Source of the DNA: an uncultured Gemmatimonadales bacterium
Lineage (GTDB): Bacteria > Gemmatimonadota > Gemmatimonadetes > Longimicrobiales > RSA9
Reading direction: 5' to 3'
Length of the DNA stretch: 64,000 nucleotides
Assembly: GCA_963798845.1 (NCBI GenBank)
Contig: CAWCUS010000001.1
Span: forward strand, 1 to 64,000
The notes under the pieces were generated by a model. The model was not told the origin of the DNA. It did not search any database and saw nothing but the letters and a program-made list of their open reading frames with translations. Shown here piece after piece: positions 29,278 to 37,484 of this stretch. Position 1 is the stretch's first letter, and each line of letters opens with the position of its first letter. A program made the translations under genes and the position numbers.

Positions 29278-30152
29278 GAGTCCACCTCCTCCCCTTCCTC
29301 GGCGTTGCGCCGGTTCTTCCACACCACCGTGCCGAGGATGCCGTAGAGCACCACCGGGGCGATGAAGCCCTTGTAGATGGTGTGCTGGACGGTCTCCGCC
29401 GTGTGCGCGGCCCCCGTGTCACCCAGCGCCGGGAAGCCCAGATCGGTGAACGGTATGCCGGCGGCGCTCAGGTAGAGCACCTGCGTCCCGCCGCCATCGT
29501 GCTCGCCGAACACCTTCGGCTCGTAGCGGTCCGGGGTCGCCTCCAACCGACGGTGCGCTTCCTCGAGCAGCTCTTCGCGCGTGCCGTAGATCACCGCTTC
29601 CTTCGGGCAGACCTCGGCGCAGGCCGGGATCTTGCCTTCCGCCAGACGGTGGTTGCACAGCTCGCACTTCACGATCTTCGGCGTGGCCGAATCCCACTCG
29701 AACTTCGGCACGTTGTACGGGCACGCCACCTGGCAGTAGCGGCAGCCGATGCACTTGTCGCCCTCCCACGTGACGATCCCGTTCTCCCGCTTCTGAAGCG
29801 CGCCCATCATGCACGCGCTCGCGCACCCAGGATCCACGCAGTGCATGCACTGCAGCTTCACGTAGGACTGCGCCGCGCCGTCCTTGTACTCCTTGATGAT
29901 GTTCTTGCACTGCGCGTCCAGGTCCTCGGGCGCGTAGTAGAGATCGCCGGGGCGGCGGCCGCCGAAGTTCGCTTCGTAGCAGGCCACCTCGCACGCCTTG
30001 CACCCAATGCAGAGCGTCGCATCATACAGCAGCCCCACGGCGTCCGGCGGTGCCGCCGGCACTTCCCGGGCGAGCGCTTTGGCCGGCTTGACGGCGAGCG
30101 CAACGCCCGCCGCGGCCGCAGCCTTCAGCGCATCCCTTCGATTGAGTCCCAT
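29274..30152 (-). CDS. hybA: Hydrogenase-2 ferredoxin-like 4x[4Fe-4S] subunit
   Basis: Tat signal NRRDALK, CIGCKACEVAC, CMHCVDPGC, CIGCRYCQVACP, CELC...CAEVCP, GGTQVLYL and a C-terminal TM helix. Confidence 0.93.
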   Translation of the reverse strand: MGLNRRDALKAAAAAGVALAVKPAKALAREVPAAPPDAVGLLYDATLCIGCKACEVACYEANFGGRRPGDLYYAPEDLDAQCKNIIKEYKDGAAQSYVKLQCMHCVDPGCASACMMGALQKRENGIVTWEGDKCIGCRYCQVACPYNVPKFEWDSATPKIVKCELCNHRLAEGKIPACAEVCPKEAVIYGTREELLEEAHRRLEATPDRYEPKVFGEHDGGGTQVLYLSAAGIPFTDLGFPALGDTGAAHTAETVQHTIYKGFIAPVVLYGILGTVVWKNRRNAEEGEEVDS

Positions 30153-30153
30153 G

Positions 30154-31335
30154 TCACGCCTCCCCGTCCTTGTGGGCGTGTTGCTTCTTCGTCTCCGGGA
30201 CGGGGACGAGCGCAGGCTCACCCGCCTCCAACGAGTCGTCGTAGGCGCCGACCTTCTTCGAGCCGACGTATGCGGCGCCCGCCAGGCCGCCGATCACCGC
30301 GCCTCCCACGGCCGTGGCCCACGGGCTGATCCCATCGCCCTCGGACGAGGCGATCGGCGGGAACCCGGCGGCCGGCGCGACCTGGAGCACGCTCGCCTCC
30401 TGGAACAGCGGCTTGTTGAAGCCCACGCCCGATTCGGTGCAGCCGAAGCACGGGTGGCCGATCCCGACCGGCCACGCCCCCGCGACCTCGCCGAAGCTCT
30501 GGATCGAGCAGTTGGCGTGCGTCTCCGGGCCCTTGCAACCGAGCTTGTACAGGCAGTAGCCGTTGCGGTGCCCCTCGTCGCCGAACGCCAGCGCGAACCG
30601 GCCGGCGTCGTAATGCGGCCGACGCGGGCAGTCCTCGTGGATCGTCCGACCGTAGGCGAACTTCGGCCGCGCCAGCTCGTCCAGCTCCGGCAGCGTCCCG
30701 TAGGTCGCAAACTGCAGCACCGTCCCGAGGAAGTTGTACGGGTTGGCCGGGCAGCCGGGGATCGTCACGACCGTCTTCCCCTCCAGCACCGCCGGCGCGC
30801 CTTTCGCCCCCGTCGGGTTCGGGCCCGCGGACGGCACGCCGCCCCACGATGCGCACGACCCGATCGCGACGATCGCCCCCGCGTTCTCCGCGGCCTCCTT
30901 GACCAGCTCCAGCGCCGTTCGACCACCGATCTTGCAGTAGATCCCGTTGTCCTTCGTGGGGATGGCGCCCTCAATGACGAGCACGTACTTCCCCTTGTTC
31001 TCGGCCATCGACTGCTGCCTCGCCGCTTCGGCCTGGTGGCCGGCCGCGGCGCTCAGCGCCTCGTGGTAGTCCAGCGAGATCAGGTCGAGGACCAGCGTGC
31101 CGAGATCCGGATGGCTGGTGCGCAGCATCGACTCTGTGCACCCGGTGCACTCCTGGAACGACAGCCAGATCACCGACGGCTTCCTCTTGGTCACGGCCTG
31201 CGCAAACGCCTCCGCCGCCGTTGCCGGTAGACCCACGGCGGCGGCGGCCATGATGCACATGCCCTTGACGAACTCTCTTCGGTCCAGCTCGCTTTGCGAG
31301 CGGGCCGCCGAGCCAGCGTGACGCGGCACAACCAT
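30154..31335 (-). CDS. hybO: [NiFe]-hydrogenase small subunit
   Basis: Tat signal DRREFVK, ECTGCTES, GSCASWGG, PGCP, HEDCPRR, CLYKLGCKGP, GHPCFGC and a C-terminal anchor. GGGAGG RBS. Confidence 0.93.
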   Translation of the reverse strand: MVVPRHAGSAARSQSELDRREFVKGMCIMAAAAVGLPATAAEAFAQAVTKRKPSVIWLSFQECTGCTESMLRTSHPDLGTLVLDLISLDYHEALSAAAGHQAEAARQQSMAENKGKYVLVIEGAIPTKDNGIYCKIGGRTALELVKEAAENAGAIVAIGSCASWGGVPSAGPNPTGAKGAPAVLEGKTVVTIPGCPANPYNFLGTVLQFATYGTLPELDELARPKFAYGRTIHEDCPRRPHYDAGRFALAFGDEGHRNGYCLYKLGCKGPETHANCSIQSFGEVAGAWPVGIGHPCFGCTESGVGFNKPLFQEASVLQVAPAAGFPPIASSEGDGISPWATAVGGAVIGGLAGAAYVGSKKVGAYDDSLEAGEPALVPVPETKKQHAHKDGEA

Positions 31336-31592
31336 GCTTCCTCCCGGGTGGCACGGAGTGGTAGGAACCACTGGCGGAACTCTTCAACTGTGGGACTGCA
31401 AACTACCCGGCTGGAGAAGCCACTCGCAGTCAGGGATGCGCTGAAATATTTTGGGGATTTTCCGGAAAGTTAGGTGGGGCAAATCCCCCACCGAGCCCGA
31501 CGTATGTCCGTGTCGTATTCGCGCTTCCGCGTGTGGGGCGATACCCTTTCCCGGCCTCTGCCACCGACCCGAGATCAGGAGTTGGCCCGAAT

Positions 31593-32762
31593 ATGCCCTC
31601 CGTTGTCGTGCTGGGCGCCGGTCGCGTGGGCGCCGCCATGGCGCGCGACCTGGCGCGCGACCCCGATGTGGACGTGACCGCCGCGGACGCGAGTCCGGCC
31701 GCGCTGGAAGCGTTGAAGAAGGCCGCCGAGCGGGACGGCTCCGAGATCCGAACGCTGCCGCTGGACCTGTCCGACGGGTCGTCGCTGGAGCGGGCGCTGG
31801 AAGGCCGTGATCTGGCGGTGGGCGCGGTGCCGGGCCCCATGGGGTTCGAGACGCTGCGTCGCATCCTGGCCCGGGACGTGGACGTGGTGGACATCTCCTT
31901 CTTCGAGGAGGACGCGTTCGAGCTGGACGATCTGGCGCGGCAGCATGGGCGCGTGGCGCTGGTCGACGCCGGAGTTGCACCCGGTCTGAGCAACCTGTTC
32001 CTCGGGCACTGCGAAGCGCGGCTGGCGCGCACCGACCGGTTCGTGTGCCTGGTGGGCGGGATACCCGCGGAGCCATCGCCGCCGTGGGAGTACAAGGCGC
32101 CGTTCTCGCCGATCGACGTGATCGCCGAGTACACGCGCCCGGCGCGGCTGCGGCGGGACGGGCAGGCGGTCACGCTGCCCGCCCTGAGCGAAGTGGAGTC
32201 GGTGGAATTCCCCGGCATCGGCACGCTGGAGGCGTTCAACACGGACGGCCTGCGGACGCTGCTTCGGACCAGCCGTGCGCCGACCCTGGCGGAGAAGACG
32301 ATGCGCTGGCCGGGTCACGCCGACCGGATGCGGGTGATGCGTGATACCGGCTTCTTCGACGAAGAGCCGGTGGAGGTGGACGGGGCGGTCGTGAAGCCGA
32401 TCTCGCTCTCGACGCGCCTGCTGTTCGACGCCTGGCAGTACGGGCCCGGCGAGCCGGACCTCACGGTCATGCGCATCGCGGTGGAAGGCGCGGACGATGA
32501 GGGCCCGGTGCGTCACCTCCTGGACCTGGTGGACCGCTACGACCCGGACACGGGGGTCTCGTCCATGGCGCGCACCACCGGCTACACCGCCACTGCGCTC
32601 GCCCGCTTCGTGCTCTCGGGCGGCTACCGGAAGCCCGGGATCTCGCCACCGGAGCACGTCGGGGAGACGGATGGTGCGCTCGAGTTCGTGCTCGACAGGC
32701 TCGCGGAGCGCGGTGTCGAGGTGTCCCGAAGCGTAGAGCGGCCGTCGCATTCTGCCCCTTGA
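31593..32762 (+). CDS. Saccharopine dehydrogenase family protein (lysine 6-dehydrogenase-like)
   Basis: Rossmann motif VLGAGRVG, DAGVAPGLSN, VGGIP, EYTRPA, LEAFNTDGLRTL, EKTMRWPGH and SSMARTTGY. Confidence 0.88.
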   Translation: MPSVVVLGAGRVGAAMARDLARDPDVDVTAADASPAALEALKKAAERDGSEIRTLPLDLSDGSSLERALEGRDLAVGAVPGPMGFETLRRILARDVDVVDISFFEEDAFELDDLARQHGRVALVDAGVAPGLSNLFLGHCEARLARTDRFVCLVGGIPAEPSPPWEYKAPFSPIDVIAEYTRPARLRRDGQAVTLPALSEVESVEFPGIGTLEAFNTDGLRTLLRTSRAPTLAEKTMRWPGHADRMRVMRDTGFFDEEPVEVDGAVVKPISLSTRLLFDAWQYGPGEPDLTVMRIAVEGADDEGPVRHLLDLVDRYDPDTGVSSMARTTGYTATALARFVLSGGYRKPGISPPEHVGETDGALEFVLDRLAERGVEVSRSVERPSHSAP

Positions 32763-32826
32763 CGCCACCGGAGCCCTGGACGATATTCGCATCCGGCGAA
32801 TCCTCCGGCGTGTCCGGAGGCCGGCG

Positions 32827-32861
32827 AAAGGAGCCTGGGCAGTTCGCTCGGGCTCTTTTTT
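32827..32861 (+). terminator. Intrinsic terminator-like hairpin upstream of csp
   Basis: AAAGGAGCCTGGGC-AGTTC-GCTCGGGCTC followed by T6. Confidence 0.65.
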
Positions 32862-32975
32862 CATCGGTCGCCCGCCAGGGTCGCGGGGCGAAACCGCGAG
32901 GATACGGTGATCGATCGTGTGGTACGGAAATACCGGCCCCGAGAGCACCAGAACAAACAGAGGGAGTACGGTAGC

Positions 32976-33188
32976 ATGCGTACCACCGGAACCGTGAAGT
33001 GGTTCAACGATCAGAAGGGCTTCGGCTTCATCGCACCTTCGGACGGCGGCAAGGACTGCTTCGTCCATCACAGCGCGATTCAGGGCCAGGGCTTCAAGAC
33101 GCTCGCCGAGGGCGAAACGGTCGAGTTCGACATCGTGCAGGGCCAGAAGGGCCCCGCCGCCGAGAACGTCGTCCGGGTCGGCCGCTGA
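32976..33188 (+). CDS. cspA: Cold-shock protein (CspA family)
   Basis: [19 protein letters not shown]...DCFVHHSAI...KGPAAENV, with an AGGGAG RBS. Confidence 0.95.
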   Translation: MRTTGTVKWFNDQKGFGFIAPSDGGKDCFVHHSAIQGQGFKTLAEGETVEFDIVQGQKGPAAENVVRVGR

Positions 33189-33216
33189 GCGGTCAGGGCC
33201 AATCACGCCGCAATGC

Positions 33217-33250
33217 GCGGCCGTCCCCACCCGGGGGCGGCCGCTTTTTT
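33217..33250 (+). terminator. Intrinsic terminator after csp
   Basis: GCGGCCGTCCCC/GGGGGCGGCCGC stem followed by T6. Confidence 0.8.
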
Positions 33251-33272
33251 CTTCCCGCTACCTCCCGGATTC

Positions 33273-34376
33273 ATGACCCGCGACCCTGCGACGGTGGTAC
33301 TCGGCGCCACCGGCTACACCGGCCGCCTCGTGGCCGGCGTCCTCGCCGGCGGGGCCGACCCGTTCCTCCTCACCGGCCGTGATGCAGGGAAGCTGAGCGC
33401 ACTCTCGGCCGCGTCCGGGGACGCGCCGACCAGCGTCCTCGATGTCACCGATCGCGTGGCGCTCGTCGACCTGCTCGTAGCCGGAGACAGGGTCATCGAC
33501 TGCGCCGGGCCCTTCACGGAGCTCGGGGAGCCCGTGATCCGCGCATGCCTGGCCGCGGGGGCGCACTACTTCGACACGACCGGCGAGCAGCCGTTCATGC
33601 GCCGGATCCACGAGCGGTACCACGACGAAGCGCGGCGCGCAGGCGTGACCATGGTGAACGGGATGGCGTTCGAGTTCGCCCTCGGCGACTGCGCCGTCGC
33701 GCTTGCGGCCCGTGGGCTGTCGCGCCCCGTCCGCTCGCTCGATGTGACGTACGCCTGGCGAGGCGCCGAAAGCTCATTCGGCACCCGTCGGACTTCGCTG
33801 CGCATCCTCGGCCGCCGCGCCTGGTCGCTCGAGCACGGGCGCTGGCGACTGCGGCCCCAGGGGTTCACCCGCCGCACGGTGCGCCTGGCCTCCGGACGCA
33901 CGCTCGACGCGGCCTGGTTCGGCGCCGGCGAGATCGTCACGGCGCCCAGGCACCTGGACGTCGAGACCGTGCGCGCCTGGATGGTGGTGGGGCGGAGCGC
34001 AGCGCTCGCCGCGCCCGTCGTCGCCCCGCTCCTCCCCGTGCTCGTCCCGCCGCTCCGCCCGCTCCTCGAGCGAATGGTCATGCGCTCGCCCGAGCCCGAT
34101 GAAGCGGACCGCGACCGCAGCCGCTTCACCATCCGCGTCGACGCGATCGGCCGCGACGGCGACGCCACTTCCGTGGAAGTGGGCGGGAGCGACCCGTACG
34201 GCCTGACCGCCGGGATCATCGTGGCCGGCGCCCGGCGCGCCGCAGACCCCGAGGCCCCCCGCGGCGTCCTCGCCCCCGCCTCCCTCGTGGAACCGGAGTC
34301 CTTCCTGGCCTCCCTCTCCCCCCGCGGTCTCACCACCACCACCTCCCCCCCTTCACCCTCCACCCCCACCTCCTGA
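33273..34376 (+). CDS. Saccharopine dehydrogenase NADP-binding domain protein (trans-acting enoyl reductase-like)
   Basis: VLGATGYTG, DCAGPF...GEPV...HYFDTTGEQ and GVLAPA. Confidence 0.85.
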   Translation: MTRDPATVVLGATGYTGRLVAGVLAGGADPFLLTGRDAGKLSALSAASGDAPTSVLDVTDRVALVDLLVAGDRVIDCAGPFTELGEPVIRACLAAGAHYFDTTGEQPFMRRIHERYHDEARRAGVTMVNGMAFEFALGDCAVALAARGLSRPVRSLDVTYAWRGAESSFGTRRTSLRILGRRAWSLEHGRWRLRPQGFTRRTVRLASGRTLDAAWFGAGEIVTAPRHLDVETVRAWMVVGRSAALAAPVVAPLLPVLVPPLRPLLERMVMRSPEPDEADRDRSRFTIRVDAIGRDGDATSVEVGGSDPYGLTAGIIVAGARRAADPEAPRGVLAPASLVEPESFLASLSPRGLTTTTSPPSPSTPTS

Positions 34377-34490
34377 AGGCCGCTCGGCCGTTCGGCGATA
34401 CTCGCCGGAACCCTCCCCCGCCACCCGTGTACGCCCAGCCCCACGGCGGCCGCGGGCCGCCGCGCGATTCCCTGGAACACGGAGGCCGGT

Positions 34491-34922
34491 TTGGCGCGCG
34501 AAGCGCGGAAGGGCGACACGGTGGCAGTGCACTACACGGGGACGCTGGACGACGGCGAAGTTTTCGACAGCTCTCGGGAGCGCGACCCTCTGGAGTTCAC
34601 GGTCGGATCAGGCCAGGTGATCCCCGGCTTCGATCGGGCGGTCGAGGGCCTGGAGGTGGGCAAGATCCGCGAGGTCCGGCTGGATCCGGATGAGGCGTAC
34701 GGCCAGGCGCGCGAAGATCTCGTGGTTCAGGTCCCCGCCGACCAGTTCCCGGCTGGAGTCGAGCCGGAGGTGGGTCGGCAGGTGCAGGTCCAGGTCGCGC
34801 CCGGTCAGGCCCGGGTCGCGACGATCCGCGAGGTGGGAGACGACTCGGTGCGGCTGGACCTCAACCATCCGCTTGCGGGTCACGCGCTGACGTTCGCTGT
34901 GGAGCTGGTGGAGATCCGCTAG
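34491..34922 (+). CDS. FKBP-type peptidyl-prolyl isomerase (SlyD/SlpA-like, no His-rich tail)
   Basis: GDTVAVHYTGTLDDGEVFDSS, VIPGFD, EAYG and DLNHPLAGHALTF. TTG start with a GGAGG RBS. Confidence 0.92.
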   Translation: MAREARKGDTVAVHYTGTLDDGEVFDSSRERDPLEFTVGSGQVIPGFDRAVEGLEVGKIREVRLDPDEAYGQAREDLVVQVPADQFPAGVEPEVGRQVQVQVAPGQARVATIREVGDDSVRLDLNHPLAGHALTFAVELVEIR

Positions 34923-36699
34923 CGTCCGGGCCGCCGCGCGCGCGGCGGGGCTCGCGGCCGGCGCGGCCGCTCTCCGCCACCGGGCGGGGCGGCCGCAGCC
35001 GGGCGCTGTACGCGGTGCGGAATGCCGCCATCGCTTCGCGCATGCAGCGAAGGTTCGCCTGCCGATCCACTGCCGGATCCGGGCAGCTCTGGTATCCCGC
35101 CATGGTGGCTTCCACGTAGAGGTCCACGCTCCCGTCGGTGCGCGTCACGACGCGCATGTAGCCGGGCTCCGACCTGTCGTAGAGCGTCCCTTCGATCTCG
35201 CCCACGGGCGACAGCTTGCTGGCCGAGCCCGACACCACGCTGAAGCGGGGAGCGCCCGCGCTGTCGGCGCGGAACACCTGGAGGGAGTGGTCATGGCCGG
35301 CCGCGTAGAGGAGCGGCCTGTGCTCGGACCGAAACGCCTGGGCCATCCCCTTCCGGAGCGCCACGTACCGCTCCGAGCTCAGGTCCTGGAGCAGCGCGCC
35401 GCTGCGGTTGAGGACGTACTGCACGCCCAGCGTCGTCCAGAGCGATGACACCCCTCCGTGGGGACCGCCCGTCTCCAGCGGGTGGTGCGCCGCCACGATC
35501 ACCGTCCGGTCACCCGCGTCCGCCAGCGCCTGCCGGAAGCGGCGCAGGAATGCCTCCTTCCCTGCGGGCTCGGCGTCGAAGATCCACCATGCGGTGTCCA
35601 GCAGGAGCAGCCGCAGGTCCGGACCTACGTCGACCGCCTGGGGCCCGCCCGTCCCCGCCGGCGGCGCCAGCGCCACGGGCGCCCCCGCCGCCCTCGCCCG
35701 ATCCAGGAAGCGGCCGAGGTTCTCCAGACGGCGCGCCCCCTCCTGATCCTCGCGCAGCCCCCAGTCGTGGTTCCCTGCCAGGAAGTACATGCGCACGCCA
35801 CGACCTGCGACTTCGGGCCGAGAGACGACGCGGACCTGGTCCGCAACACGGGCGGAGTCCTCCCCGTATCCCGCCGCGGCGCGGTCGGGCATCCCGGCCG
35901 GGTACACGATGTCGCCCAGCATGAGCACCACTTCAGCCCCGTGCGGCACGCGCCCGGACCACTCCGCGACGTCGCCGGCCAGCCGCGGGAGCACGGGGTA
36001 GCGGTCGTACGTCGCCTGGCCGGGGTCGCCGGCGAAGAAGACGACGGCCCGCGGCGGCGCGGGATTGGCCGGCACCGCGGGCGGCCCCCCGTCGGGAGCT
36101 TCCGCTGCCGGTCTCGCGCCCGATCCGCCGCCGCAGGCCAGGACGGCGGAGGCTGCGCCCCCGAGCGCCAGCAGCACCAGCGCCGGCGCCATCCACGCTC
36201 CGGCGCCCCGATCGCGCCGTTCATCGCGGCGCTCGTCCCCGTCGGCTTCGCGGTGATGGCGGCGGCCCCGCACCAGCCCGAGCAGTGCGCCGAGCAGCAT
36301 GCCCACGGCGCCGACCACCACGCCCCAGGACCACGTCCCCTGGGAGTCGCCTTTCGCGGCCACGCCGATGGCGGCCCCGATGCCGGCCCCGAGAGCGCCG
36401 CCGGTCACCGCGCCGACGGCCGTCCCGGCCAGTTCTGCACCGCCCGCGATCCCGGCCGCGATGCCGCCGACAATGCCGAGCGCGATCGGGATCCCGTCGG
36501 GGCCGTACAGGTCGTGCACCGACTCGACGTAGCGGTGCTCGAAGCGCGCCCTGGCCACGACCAGGCCGACGGAAACGCCGAGCCCGGTCACGAGGCCCAC
36601 GGCGCTGCCGGCCAGGGCTCGTGCCGACGCCCCGATCCACGAGCCGCTTCCGGGCAGCAGGAGGAGGATGGCGAGAGCGAGGCCCCGGTAGCGTGCCAT
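34861..36699 (-). CDS. Metallophosphoesterase (calcineurin-like) with an N-terminal Gly-rich membrane region
   Basis: Motifs GDPG, GDIVY, GNHD, HHP and GHDH, preceded by several hydrophobic helices. The 3' end overlaps the FKBP gene by 62 nt. Confidence 0.8.
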   Translation of the reverse strand: MARYRGLALAILLLLPGSGSWIGASARALAGSAVGLVTGLGVSVGLVVARARFEHRYVESVHDLYGPDGIPIALGIVGGIAAGIAGGAELAGTAVGAVTGGALGAGIGAAIGVAAKGDSQGTWSWGVVVGAVGMLLGALLGLVRGRRHHREADGDERRDERRDRGAGAWMAPALVLLALGGAASAVLACGGGSGARPAAEAPDGGPPAVPANPAPPRAVVFFAGDPGQATYDRYPVLPRLAGDVAEWSGRVPHGAEVVLMLGDIVYPAGMPDRAAAGYGEDSARVADQVRVVSRPEVAGRGVRMYFLAGNHDWGLREDQEGARRLENLGRFLDRARAAGAPVALAPPAGTGGPQAVDVGPDLRLLLLDTAWWIFDAEPAGKEAFLRRFRQALADAGDRTVIVAAHHPLETGGPHGGVSSLWTTLGVQYVLNRSGALLQDLSSERYVALRKGMAQAFRSEHRPLLYAAGHDHSLQVFRADSAGAPRFSVVSGSASKLSPVGEIEGTLYDRSEPGYMRVVTRTDGSVDLYVEATMAGYQSCPDPAVDRQANLRCMREAMAAFRTAYSARLRPPRPVAESGRAGREPRRARGGPDASGSPPAPQRTSARDPQADG

Positions 36700-36856
36700 G
36701 ATCGTATTTCCGTGGTGAAGGTGCTCGTCACGGTCGAGCGGCCGGGGCCGCGGACGGAACTCCCGGCCCGGTCGCGGGTTCGGAGCAAAACACATGCGAC
36801 GGTCGGGCGCCCGCGGCACCGGCCGGCGCACCGCGGACGCGGAGAACGAGGACTGG

Positions 36857-37483
36857 ATGGCGGAGGACGGCGAGAATGGGCGGGGCGACACGGGTCGCGC
36901 TGGCTGGAAGCGGCTGCTCGATGTCGCCCTCTGGGTGCTGGTCCTCGGGCTCCTGCTGTGGCGCTTCGGGCCGCAGGTCGGCGCCGCCATAGGCCTCCGC
37001 ACCGGAGACCGGCCGGCGCCCGATTTCGCCGTCCGCACGCTCCAGGGCGACTCGCTCCGCCTCTCCTCCCTCCGCGGCAATGTGGTGCTCGTGAACTTCT
37101 GGGCCACCTGGTGCCCGCCGTGCCGGCTGGAGATGCCCGGCTTCCAGAACGTGTGGGAGGACTACCGCGATCGCGGCTTCGTGGTGGTCGGCCTCTCCAC
37201 CGACCACGGCGTCCCGGGCGACGTCAGCCGGTGGATCCTGAGTCACGGGATCACTTACCCGATCGCCATGGCGCCCGGCGCCACCGTACGCGCATTCGGC
37301 GGCGCCGGCGTGCTGCCCACCTCCGTCCTCGTGGACCGGGATGGCCGGATGGCGTACCGCGTGGAAGGGTTCTACACCGAGCCCGCGCTGCGCGCCGCCG
37401 TGAAGCGGCTGCTGGCCGAGCCCGGGCCGCCCGCCGGCGCGACGCTCCGTCCCGCCGGCCCCCTCCCCGCAGCCGACCTCTGA
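36857..37483 (+). CDS. Membrane-anchored TlpA family thiol-disulfide oxidoreductase
   Basis: TM helix, APDF, NFWATWCPPC and LPTSVLVDRDG. Start could alternatively be 36794. Confidence 0.88.
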   Translation: MAEDGENGRGDTGRAGWKRLLDVALWVLVLGLLLWRFGPQVGAAIGLRTGDRPAPDFAVRTLQGDSLRLSSLRGNVVLVNFWATWCPPCRLEMPGFQNVWEDYRDRGFVVVGLSTDHGVPGDVSRWILSHGITYPIAMAPGATVRAFGGAGVLPTSVLVDRDGRMAYRVEGFYTEPALRAAVKRLLAEPGPPAGATLRPAGPLPAADL

Positions 37484-37484
37484 C

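Noticed and set aside
34491..34922. SlyD acting as nickel chaperone for the hydrogenase
   Set aside because: It lacks the His/Cys-rich C-terminal tail and is outside the hyp operon.
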